DNA of 62,928 nt, counting the filler, from Licmophora abbreviata (lineage: Eukaryota): the NCBI GenBank assembly GCA_900291995.1. It is 8 parts of 8 records of this genome, joined end to end, with 100 filler letters (N's around TTAATTAATTAA, not from the genome) between each part and the next. Parts side by side here need not be neighbours in the genome. Positions count along the whole stretch, not along the records: positions 16,659 to 27,839 come from OLMU01002018.1; positions 27,940 to 34,568 come from OLMU01002019.1; 6 more parts are not named here. One strand, 5' to 3'. Shown here piece by piece: positions 22,016 through 33,680 of this stretch. Both the position numbers and the translations under genes were made by a program. The notes under the pieces are model-generated. The model ran no database searches. It was given only the letters and a program-made list of their open reading frames with translations, and was not told the DNA's origin. Position 1 is the first letter of the stretch, and every line of letters starts with the position of its first letter.

Positions 22016-23472
22016 TTACCGCCCACCCAAAAAGTCGGGAACGTCAGATCTGCTCGTCGTGCTACTCCCTCCAAATTGCGCAGAACCACCACCTTGACTG
22101 AATCCAGTAGCTAGAACTGTAATTGAGACCTCGTCCTGGATATCATCGTCTACAAGGGCGCCAAAGATAACGTTGGCGTCTTCGTGTACATTGTCGTAGA
22201 TGACCCTTGCCGCCCGATTCACTTCTTGAAGGGACAGACTTCGCGGGCCCAGGATATTGAACACGACGCCAGTAGCATCCTGAACGGGCTCGTCGAGTAG
22301 AGGACTTGAAATGGCTGCAATCGCAGCATCTTCTGCACTTGTCTTTCCAACTCCTGTACCGATGCCCATCAGTGCAGTTCCAGCATCCTTCATAATGGAC
22401 CGCACATCTGCAAAATCGACATTGATGAGACCCGGTCGAATGATAATTTCCGAAATACCAACAACACCTTGACGAAGAATATCATCTGCCACACGAAATG
22501 CCGCCGTCACTGGTGTGTCTTCTGGAATAATCTCAAGCAACTTGTTGTTAGACACAACAATGACCGTATCTACATGCTCCTTTAGTTTGGCAATCGCATC
22601 GACTGCCTGTCTCATTCGTCGTCGTCCCTCAAAGGCAAATGGCTTTGTCACGATCCCTACAGTCAGCGCTCCGCTCTCCTTGGCAATTTCAGAAACCACT
22701 GGCGCTGCACCAGAACCAGTGCCTCCACCCATACCACTCGTTACAAAGCACAAGTCTGTGCCCTCAATCATCGCGGCAATGTCCTCTCGTGACTCCTCCG
22801 CGGCCAGTCGTCCGACTTCAGGATCTCCACCAGCGCCCAAGCCACGCGTCACCGAGGTGCCAATGTTGAGTGCCTTGGCACCGAGCGCCTTGGATCGTCC
22901 CAAGGCCTGTGCATCTGTATTGATGGCCCAATACTCGACTCCGCCCACCACGGTCTCCAACATGCGATCAACCTGAGTCGAAAAGGAGAAGAAGGATGAA
23001 ATGAGGAACAATAGCAGGGTGAGAGATTTGGTCATGATCGCCTAGTGCAAGAAGACGAGTTGCACGCAGACGCCAAAAAAGCTGCATAGACACTCACCGC
23101 ATTGCATCCACCACCGCCCACTCCAAGTACGCGGATGACACAGGGACTGAGCCCTCCTTCCGGCATGAGCGGTTGTACCGTCGAGTCCAGCTTGAATCCG
23201 GGGATATCCTTAGCATCACGGAATCCCAGAAAAGTGCCTCTCCCGTTTTTCAGTTTCTGCGGTTTTCGTGACGTGATGAGTGGCTGTAGATTCTCGTTGT
23301 TGCTGCTGCCGCTGGGAAGCTTCATGGACAACTGAGATCCAGACCTTCCACCGTACTGTCTCGATCTCGTCGTGAAGGCGGCAGCCGATTCAAGTACGGC
23401 AACTTGCCATAGCAGCAAGCCAAGTGCTACTGCAGTACAGAGGAGGGGTGACTTTTGGAACGCTGCTCTCAT
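22016..23472 (-). CDS. ftsZ: Plastid division protein FtsZ; 2 exons, ~443 aa
   Basis: Exons 23472-23098 and 22972-22016. IRVLGVGGGGCNA|VDRM, NTDAQAL, GMGGGTGSG, INVDFADV, C-terminal DVPDFL. Signal peptide plus AAAF. Confidence 0.97.
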
Positions 23473-24242
23473 GGTATATCTGCCTCAATATTTGTGTTCT
23501 GCGGTCGAAAGGAAGGGCCCATGCCGATAGACTAAAACAAATTGAATGGGTTTCTCGATCGTAAGAACACCGTAGCAAGCTAAAAATAGACTTCTTCAAT
23601 GATTCGAGCGGTAGAACTCCTCTTCACAATGATCTCTCCAGTTCAATTCGTCTAGATTCTGTTGGCTTGTGGGGTTTCCTACAGAAGAGAGGAGTTTGTA
23701 ATGACGTGACAATCGCCTGCGTCGTTGGATATGGTGGATGTCGTCGTTGATGCCAAAATCAAAGGACCTTGCGTGGCCCGAGTTCCCGCCCAACTCTACG
23801 CAATTTCTGTACGGAGTTCTACGTTGGCGATTGAGGTACGTTGGGTGCTCCGGGTTACCATATCATGTTATCGTGGGAGCGACGGTCCGACTCCTGCTTC
23901 CACCTGGAAGTCGGTCCGTTGACCGTCATCGACAGAACGGCGGCGGTATCTTTTGTCTGACGTCACTGCGCGTCAAAGGTTCAAAGTTCATCGAACGAGT
24001 TTGTGCGTGTTGGGTCTTCTCTGCTCATCCCCACAACATGGAATCGGCAGGAGCTGCAAGGCATCCACACAACCAAACGTGTGTTTTTACCGTCGTCTTC
24101 ACTGTCTAGCCAAAAAGGCGCTTTTCAGTGAAACTTCCAGTCAAGCTGGAGCGAGATCGAAAGTAGTTTTTAAGCGAGCGACACACACTAAATCTGAAAA
24201 CTCAAATTTGAGGCTTCATTTCTCCATCAGCAGAAGAAGACG

Positions 24243-25018
24243 ATGAGGTCATTTCTACTGCTTCTATCCCCGTCAGTCTTGATCGGCATGACTGCTACTA
24301 CTACTAAGGCATGGGTACCACTACCACAGGTCCACCGCCATCGTGGCAGTCCGCTCATCCTCAGTGATGACCACTACTACTCTATGAAATACCACTTGTT
24401 GTACACGTCCACAACAAGTCTCAGCATGACAGACGAAGCGTCCAATACGCCCACGACATTCAGAGAGGCCGAAGTCATGGGACTACGTTATATGCAAGAA
24501 GGAAGTTACAAGGACGCCTTGGAGACCTTCCAAAAGGGCATGAAGCTACCTGGATCGCGTCCCGATGTCATTCGAACGAAAATGTGGAACGGACCGTCGC
24601 CGGTGGGCGGGGCGTCGGGTGGGACGGAAAGTCAAGCTATCTTGTCGTTGGATGAGTTTGAATTGCAAGCAGCCCATTATAATATGGCATGTGCTCATGC
24701 GCAACTGCGAAATGCAGCAGAGGTGAGAGCACTGCTTGTGGCTGTTGTTAGGATCTCGGTATATGCAAGTATTGTGCGTTGGTTGGATATTTCGTTGGAC
24801 TCAAGTCGGGATGCAATCCTCTGTCTTTCTTTTTTTGTGCACACACACAGTCCGTTGCCAACTTGAAATCAGCCTTTGACAATGGATTTGACAATTACGC
24901 GACGGTGAGAGCGGATCCGGACCTGGCGGCTATTCAAGATACGGAAGATTTCCAAGACTTGATGGAAGCATACGATCCTACTAGCAAAGGCTTTAATCCT
25001 TTTGGTATGTTTAAATAA
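24243..25018 (+). CDS. Plastid TPR protein resembling the C-terminal TPR region of MET1/ZKT; 2 exons
   Basis: Exons 24243-24722 and 24851-25018. AHYNMACAHAQL…AFDNGFDNYATVRADPDL. Presequence with TKAW. Confidence 0.72.
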
Positions 25019-25355
25019 TATAAGCAAAAGACTCACTGTGATGAATGTCGGAGAAAATGAGGGAGAATTGTGACGAATGTGCCTTCCTGTGTATCTTTGT
25101 GAAAGGCATACCACTTTCGGTGGTAGCAAGTTATAGTGGCTAGCCTAGCTTGTAGCTATTGTTTCGAGGATGACGCAGACCTGCGTCATGTGATATAGTT
25201 AGTACACTATGCATCGACCACTTTATCAGTCAAACAAATATGGTCGCCTGCATTGGATTGTTGCGTCGCAAGCAAGGATCGACGACGAGTTTACGAAGAA
25301 CCGATGTGGCGAGGTTATCAAATAGCAGTAGTTTTGCCACCAGTACAGCTGAAGC

Positions 25356-26595
25356 TCATGAAGGCAGAACAAGCTGTTTCGTCTCCGTCCCGCCACTATC
25401 CTTGCGGTAGCAGTACTTGACTTGGAAAATTCTCGGCGCAGTGTTGCTAAACAGATAGACGCTGCACAGAATCATACATGCGCCCAAAGTGAACTGCCTC
25501 GTTAAGGGTGTTCCAAACAAGACCATACTGCACAGTGTCGCCACCACGACACTCACGCCCACTGCTAGTCCCTTCAAGACATTATCTGCATATTTAATCA
25601 CGGCAGCAATCAGCATACCACCGCCTGCCTGAATGCATACCAGAACCCATACCCAGCCGTGAAAGCCGTGAAGATAGGGACGATCGTCGTCGGGCTTGGT
25701 CATTAGAAGGCCTTGTAAGAACGCAATGAGTAAACTGAAAAAGGCAAGTTGGATGTTGCGCATCCAAAGAGACACAGGAGCAGCATCCTGCTTCTTGAGT
25801 ACCTTTTCGAAGTAGACTCCCGCTAGAGCACTGCACAGGCACACAATTGTAACTGCTGTCACTCCGAGTGTGAGGGACTGATCATCACGATCGGTCTCTT
25901 GCGTCTTGTTCTCGCCCAAGACGACAATTGCGACACCGCAAGACAAGACCAATAAACATAGCCACTGCTTCAGACTGTACTTCCGTTGCAGCATGAGGAC
26001 GCTGAAAACGGCAGTTACAACGAGTTTTCCTTGGTAGGTAACTTGGAAGAAGGGTGCACTGAGGTTGGATAGAGCGGTGTACAAGAGTGAATTCTGAACA
26101 AGGTAAAGCAAGGCTGGAACCATGACTTTTAGAGCATCGGAGGGATTGCGAAAGATGTGTTCTTGTATTGACGTATACAGCTGACCCTTGGTGGTCATGT
26201 ACTCCAGACCGCACGCGAGAATGAGCTGACCGGAATCCAAACGAGCATAAGTTAGTGGGGTGACATAGTCCGTACATTCAACGCACTCTTCAGCGCAATA
26301 CCAGTTCAGTATGACTCACTTTGGTAAACTCAGTCACAAGAACAAAGTGATTCACTACATAGAGTTCCTCCGCGGGGACGCTGGAACGGGTGTGGCGTCC
26401 AACAAGCACCGCCGAGGAATTTTGAAATACCATCAAGGCCAACAGCATCAGAGAGGACACCTTGGACGGTGGACTGGGGAGAGCGGATTTCACATCATCT
26501 CTGGAAGGTTCTGAAGGTATTGTTGCACCTGAGCTGCCAGGACTTCGCAAATCCACGATGAATGGTGACTGTGTCTTGTCCTCTCTGGTCGACAT
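25356..26595 (-). CDS. Nucleotide-sugar transporter (SLC35A, UDP-galactose/CMP-sialic acid type); 2 exons
   Basis: Intron 26319-26226. VPALLYLVQN, FQVTYQGK, AGVYFEKVLK, SLWMRNIQL, VIKYADNVLKG. Confidence 0.93.
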
Positions 26596-27093
26596 TGTGT
26601 TGGCCTCCCGTCCTGTATCGACGGACTTGAAGAGCTCTCGAGATTTTCTACAGTTTCACTTGTAACGCTTATTTGCCGATCGAAAAGGCGTAGCACGCGA
26701 ATCACTGTGATTTGCTGACGATGCTTACACGCTTTCGTTACATGAAGGCAAAGAGTGCATGCATGTATGGTTGAATTACCATCGCCGATTTTCGAAATGG
26801 GGACAAATTCGTCGGTGTGTGTGAATGAGATTCGATTCAAGATTACGAGTAGGCGCGAATGAAATCTAGTCGAAGTAGTCGAAACCTAATTCCGAGAGCC
26901 GGGCGACCTCGAATCTTCGATAGAATCTTCACGACTTCTTTCTCGTTTGTGAAGTTGTACCGGTATGGGTACCACTGAGAGCCTCACACAAGCCTTACAT
27001 GTATTACGATCATTCTGTCAACGTGCTGTGTTATTCCATTCTCGTGAAAAGTATTGGTGATAATACCATCAACGAGCCACCAACGTGGACGCG

Positions 27094-28803
27094 ATGATGA
27101 CGGCCGCTCCGGTTCTATTGGCGCCGACGGTGGAAGCATGCGAGAACAAGTCATATGACGTCCCTTCAGCTACTTTGGGTACTCCTCTTCCTACCTATAT
27201 TCTCTATCAAAAGCGTTGGTTCGTGCTTTCCGCCTTTTCCTTACTAACTCTCACATCAGCATGGATCTGGATCACGTGGTCGCCACTTTCCAATAAAATG
27301 GCGCACTTTTGGAACGTATCAGAGGCATTCGTCGATGCCTTACCCGGTATCTACTTATATATCTACTTGCCCTGCAGTTTTGTAGCGCTTTGGTTTGTGA
27401 ATTCGTTCGGATTGAGATTTGGTTTGGTCGTCGGGGCGACTTTCAACGCTGTGGGCGCATGTATACGATGGTATGGACTATGGACATACTCGCATGTCTA
27501 TTTCGGAACCGTCCTCTGTGCCATGGCGCAGACCTTTACGTTGGCAGCCCCACCGTTGATTGCGGGGAACTGGTTTGGAGCTCATGAGCGAGCGACGGCC
27601 ACTGCCATTGGTGTATTGATGAATCTGGGTGGGGTCGCGGTGGGGTTGGGTGTAACGATCATCATTGAGTTTGGTGGTATGACTAATACGATTGATGGAT
27701 TGGACTGCGCCGGGGAGACGAGCGATACCAACAGCCGCGTCACAACGTTACGCGGCGGGAAGGGACATCTGAATACATCGCTTCTGCAGACCTATGTTGG
27801 CAGTCAAGCGCTGTTTTCGCTGGTAGCTTGGTTGCTGGTNNNNNNNNNNNNNNNNNNNNNNNNNNNNNNNNNNNNNNNNNNNNTTAATTAATTAANNNNN
27901 NNNNNNNNNNNNNNNNNNNNNNNNNNNNNNNNNNNNNNNCTGGTAGCTTGGTTGCTGGTGGCAACCATTGTGTCGTCCGATCGTCCACCGACACCACCGA
28001 GTGCGGCTGCAGACAATAGCACCTACACGAAGGAGACAAATGCCCAAGGTGACGCTGTGATTGTTTCAAGTGAATCAACGTCCTTGATCCATGAGGACAG
28101 TTATGCTGGTACATTTTATTTGAAAGAGGATCCGGAACAACAGCAGAATCCATGTAGTATACCCAGCACCATGAACTATCGGGAATCCGTGGAGGCGACA
28201 TTATGCACACGCGCCGCTGCCTTTGTCCCTGTTTTTGGACTGGCCATTGGCGTATACTATACAATACCTGCCTTTCTGAGTCAATTGACACCTCTCAGCT
28301 GGTCGGCACGTACCAATGGATGGTTGGGACTGACATACGTACTGAGTGGATTGGTGGGGACGTTCGCCATGGGACGTGTCCTCGACCGTCATCCGACTCA
28401 ACACCGGCAAATCTATCAGCGGCTGCTTGTCGGCGCGCTACTATCGTGGTTGGTCGTAGCCAGCGTTACGACAGAGGTTGAACTAGATGCCAATCCTCAA
28501 CTGGTGCCGTTGCAAGATATCAGTATCTTTGTCGCTACTACTATCACCGGCTTCTGCCTGGCCGCCATGATTTCTGTTGGCATGGAATATGCGACGACCA
28601 TGACTTATCCAGCTGACCCAGCCGCAACAGCAGGAATACTGGAGTGTGCTGCCGAGGGGGTGGGATACGCATTGGTTAGGGTCGGTGCTTGGATTTTGCC
28701 AAATGAGGGGGAGTTTCACGCAGTCTTGTTGGGAATGCTTGCACTATCACTTCTGTGGTTCTCTGTACTGGCGCGCAATGATTCCAGCAAGCGACCTTCA
28801 TGA
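27094..28803 (+). CDS. MFS transporter, FLVCR/SLC49-like; ~529 aa across false gap
   Basis: YQKRWFVL, NWFGAHERATATAIG, GRVLDR, EYATTMTYP and about 12 TM segments. Frame restored by collapsing the 20-bp duplication (27820-27839 = 27940-27959). Confidence 0.88.
27840..27939. other. Artificial scaffold spacer; false gap
   Basis: Spacer with 20-bp duplicated flanks. Confidence 0.93.
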
Positions 28804-29089
28804 CAGCATGTTGACTACAAGCGCGTACACAAGTAAAAGAGGCACAGGTGATTGACACGACCATTTTTCTTAAGGACTGCGCCACGCCATAGACAACGTA
28901 GCAACACGATCTTGACATGGCAAATTCTAAGCATAGAATTGGAAAGCTGCCAAGAGGACAATATTTCTCATTCTACATCCCCACCACCGCTTTTCGTGGA
29001 ATGAGATGGACGAATGGGCAGACCGACTGAGGTTTTTCTCCTCCCCTCCGAGAGCATTTTAGGCTCACCATGCCTCCCGTGACCCAAAT

Positions 29090-32000
29090 TCACGGAAGTT
29101 CTTGGTGTTGGAGTGTCCTCGGAGTGCGGGGCAGGGTGACGAGAGACTCGACGAAATTCGCTGGGTTGCGCTCAGCGGCTAGAGCTCGCGGTGGGGGTGC
29201 CAGACTGTCACTTTCGTCTTCCATTGGCAAGTTTGCGGCTTGCAGGCCATCCAGCTGCTCCTGTAAGTGTCTGACTTCCAGTCGAAGTAACGCCTCTCGT
29301 TCCGCGCTCTCCTGCTTCTGCACTCTCAACTTCCAGCGTAGAGCATCTGCGTCGGTGGGTCCTCCGCCACCAACCATGCTCTGACGACCAAACATCAAAG
29401 CACCGAGTGTTGACTGTCGAGTCAAACTTGGGGCAGCTCCACCCCCCGGTTGTTCTCCGTCTACACCTCCAGATTCGAATTCCTCGGGAAGTAGTAGGTC
29501 GGGTCGAGCAGCCTTTCGATACTTCCAAAGCCACGGCATCAAAGTGAAGACAAACAAGAGTCGCCAAGCTGACCCAACAGCAGTGCCAAACGACTCCCCA
29601 TGCTTCAGTTTCATCATGTACATGACGCCGAGGGTCTCAATGTACTGGTGAAAGCCAAGAAGGATCGGCGTGTTAGTATAATGGCAGTCCCGGTCGCCTG
29701 TGCAGCTGTTACACTCGAATCATCACTTACCGGATGGCGATGGGCTTCATGCTGCAGCATGTCCATGAGGAAAACGTATGGTATGCCATCCAGCCTGTAC
29801 CCCGAACATTCTAGTTCGCCGACGCCGTCGGCAAGAAATGGGGTGTCGATGCGGCCCAAGTAAAGAAACGCCGTAAAAATAAGCTTTCCGGCTCGGATAA
29901 CGACAAATCCGACCGTAAGAGCAAAGAAAGCACACTCTCGTAAGAGAAGCACGATGTTGGCACGAGCAGGCTTCTGTCGATAGTAAGCCGTTGAAGTAGA
30001 CGAACGGCATGACCTAACGATCAGCCAGTGAATCAAGATGACAAGCAGCACTCCTATCGAAGTGGTGAAACGGCGATATGACGTGAGTCAATCAAAGGCG
30101 AAAAATCGCATGCGTATCAGGCGACAAGGAACTTACCGCAAAAAGTCGCAAGGATGTGGAATGCCACGTGATATGTCACCTGGATGATCCATGTTGAGCA
30201 GCAAATTTGTTAGATGTTTGACATGCTAGAACGATTAGATTGCACAAAGCAGACTTTGACCAACCTGCCACAAGAAGATAAAGATCAGACCGCCGACTAC
30301 GGCAGCGAAAAGAAGACTGCTAAGCAAAATACCCCAAAATGCACTGCCTTGAAGATAAGCCACCTTTTGAAAGGAATAACAAGAGCCTGTGAGTTGTCCG
30401 AAAATTGCCTCTCGATCGCACTGTCCATACCACTTACCTGGTCCGGAGCGATCCTCATAGTGCGAACCTTCGGATCACGAAGAAATGGAATCAAGCCGGC
30501 GCGGAGCTTCAAAACACTTGTTGTTGCACTCGGAAGTATGGTAACAGCATGCGACCAGGCAGCGACGAAAGCCGCAAGAGTTCCGAACAGCAAAGGGAGG
30601 AAGATCCTATGACAACAGCAAATATGGTGAGTAATTTAGTGTTACATAGCCTCCCAAATCAGCAATTGACTCACATGTACTTTTCTTGTGGATAAAGGTC
30701 GTCGACGGGCTGGGTGACAGCGTCATTGAGGGCCTGTTCCGCCTCATCAAGCAACTCGGTCACGTCAACCCCAACCTCCTCCAACAAAAGACCTTGTACG
30801 ATGTGGTCAGGGTCTGTTTGAGATCGGGTGTGCTGAGTGTTGTACTGGAAAAGTGTGCACAAAGGATCGTCGCCAACCACACATCCTGCAACGAACGCTT
30901 CTCTATTATTCAAAGCGATCCCGACCTCCAAGGCTTCATCGCAATTCTGCGCGACGTTAACACTGTCGAACATCGGACAGCTAGCTGCAATGAGACCCAG
31001 CTCATTCGCAAGGAAAAATCCTGTCACCTTGTCCAAGAGGTCTTCAGTATACCTCGCGAGAATATCTGGATTCACGGCGAGATCAAAGATATCGTTGATA
31101 ACCTCATCGGCCTGTCCACTATTTGCATCATACTCATTCACAATCAAGACAGTGATCACGAGGCCAACAAGAAGGACAAAGATGGCAACAATGAATTGCG
31201 TCACATTGATGGAAAGAAGACGACCCGAGTACCAGACCCCCTCTTCTTTGAACAATTTGTGCGTGAATATGTTCCGCCAGGTATAATGGAATCCGTCAAT
31301 TTTCTCTGTCATATCTCCGGCCTCGGAGAAGTTGAAAAGCGCTTGGCCGCAATAGGTGTCAATGATAGCGTCATTCCTCCGTTTGTTCTGAATTTCTCGC
31401 GCATTGTCAATTAGACGGCCAACCTTGTGAGATGCAGCGTGTTTCACCGAGTTTTCGGCCCGGACACCCTGGGGAGTGAAGAAGTCCTTCCACCACTGCT
31501 TCTTCCGTAGGAATCTTGGGGCGGCTAGATCGACAAAATGAATGGTGTTCATTATGATGACAAGACATCCAAGAAACACTGAGACGTATTTGAGGAACTG
31601 CGTGGGGACTGCATCGCTCAAGTTTTCAAACAGGAATGCTGGAAGGGCAGTTAAGAGAACCGCGACGAAAAACCCAATCAGAGGCAGAAGTGGATTTCTG
31701 TTTTCGATATTGTTCCCGATACCGGCCAAACCAAAGTAGACAAGTCCATAGATGCTGAAAAGATGGACGGGCGTGAGGAATGCGCGTGTGAGTCGAATTG
31801 CCATTTCTACCGAATGACAGCGATCCCTACAGCGTCATCGACTCACCCCATCGTAATCATAATGTAAATCCATCGAAGAATGCTCCATCCAAGGCGACAG
31901 AAGAAGACTCCTTTCTGATCCCACAATCTGACTTGAAATTCAAAGCTGTCACATTTCGGGAGGGCACTGTCCTGCCAGTTCCACCCGAAATAGTAGGTAA

Positions 32001-32942
32001 AGTACGATATGGCGAACGAGGTCCAGAGAGCCACAACGAGAAATCCAGACCGAAAGGTATCTGCTTGCAAATCCAAACAGTTTACGACAGGGCTGATTGG
32101 TATCATGACTTCCTCGTCGTGGTCTGTCCCTTCTGTCGACGGCGTTCGTCACGATCCCCAGTCGTAAAGTACTTGGGGGGAGTAATCGGTGCCATCATCT
32201 TTTGCCTTTTCTTTCTACGACGACCACCAACAGCAACATCCTCCTCTTCGCCATCCATGTCGTCACCGTCGGAAGCAAAGTACTGAATCCGAAGAGGCTG
32301 ATTCGCTTTGCGTCCCATATCCTTGTGGGTCACCTTGAAGACATCGTCAAAGTTCGTGGAAAGTCTCGACTCGTTTTTCAAATCGTAGAGTTGAAGATCG
32401 TCCGTCAGTAGCTTGGTAAAGACGGCAGCGTCAAGCTTGGGAGTACGTCGAGGTGGAGCTTCGACCGCTTCATCTTCTACGCTAATAGTCGTTTGCGGGT
32501 CGCTTTCCGTGACTTGATCAATCATATCTTGGATCAACTGGTCGTCGTCGGCAAGTTCCGACTCGCCATAAAGCATAAAGAGCTCCTTGATAAAGGTGGG
32601 GGTGAGCTCCACTGGATTCTCCTCGCCCGTAGTGTCGTGCAGCAGCGTATTGAGCACGTAGGAAATGAGCGATGGAGGGCTGTTCTCGGCGTTTTTCGAT
32701 TCGGAAGAAGCAGTAGATTCCGATTCTTCTTGCTGAGTTGCCTGCTCTCGGCGGAGCTTGGGAATGAGCAAGAGGGAAACAATCTGGACTAGATCGAGAC
32801 ATGATTCCGCCTTCTCGCCTCCGCCCCTACCAAAGGATCGGAGAATCTGCTCTGCTACTTGGTCTTGGGTCATGCGAATCCCATAGCGAGACATGAGAAA
32901 GAGTGAAATATCCTTGTCTGGGTGATTTGTACGTGAATTCAT
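29090..32942 (-). CDS. Large multi-pass membrane protein, STRA6-like C-terminal half; ~8 exons, ~1094 aa
   Basis: Exons 32942-32173 (first intron uncertain), 32092-31847, 31754-30675, 30606-30438, 30363-30265, 30179-30137, 30053-29731, 29644-29090 give one continuous frame. Motifs YLGRIDTPFL, LQHEAHRHPYIE, AWRLLFVFTLMPWLWKYRK. Confidence 0.75.
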
Positions 32943-33680
32943 AAATTATGGTAGCGGAAAGAAGGGGTGTCGAGCAGGGATGAGTTCATCAAGTCCGTGT
33001 CAAGTCGAGGCTGTATCAATGCATAGATCTCCAGTTTGTGCAGTCATCAAAAACACACGAGAGTTGTCCCTCCCCCGCCTCAACAAGGAAGTTCATCACC
33101 AGAACTCACCTGTGACGGAACAGTCCTCTCGAATGTTCTGCACATCGGTTTGGTGCAAGCCAGAGACGTATTCCAGCTCCGCTACGTCCGCAGGAGCACC
33201 CACTGGTCTTTCGAATGTAAGAGTCATGGTTCCAAGGTAGTTTGAAGTTTGTGTGCCTTCTAGAAGAAGACGCCTACTGAAGACAAGACAAGACTAGACT
33301 ACCTCGAGTACGCGCCACGCATGCTTCGTCGCTTCGATCGGAAACTCAGCGGTTTGTAATTATCTGGTGCTAGTAAAATCAAAAATATGTCGATTTTATA
33401 TACGGTCGGGTATAAGGTTTGAGTGTTTCGTGAGCGTCATGAGTTCGATGTACGCGAACTCAATCGAAATTTGTACTGCTGCAACGGTATTTCTACGCGA
33501 AAGATCCAACTTCTGAATTTCACAGATCCGCGCGTCTCATCACCATCCGCTCCACAATGGGACAAGACGAGAAAAAAGTATATACCTGGTACTCTCTTCT
33601 GTCTAGAGGAACCTTTGCACCATAGCGAAAAGCACCGTAGCTAGTGATCCTCTTTGTTTGAATTGTTAAAGTGCATCAGC

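Noticed and set aside
22016..23472. FtsZ as evidence of bacterial contamination
   Set aside because: It has a spliceosomal intron and a bipartite plastid presequence, so it is a normal nuclear gene.
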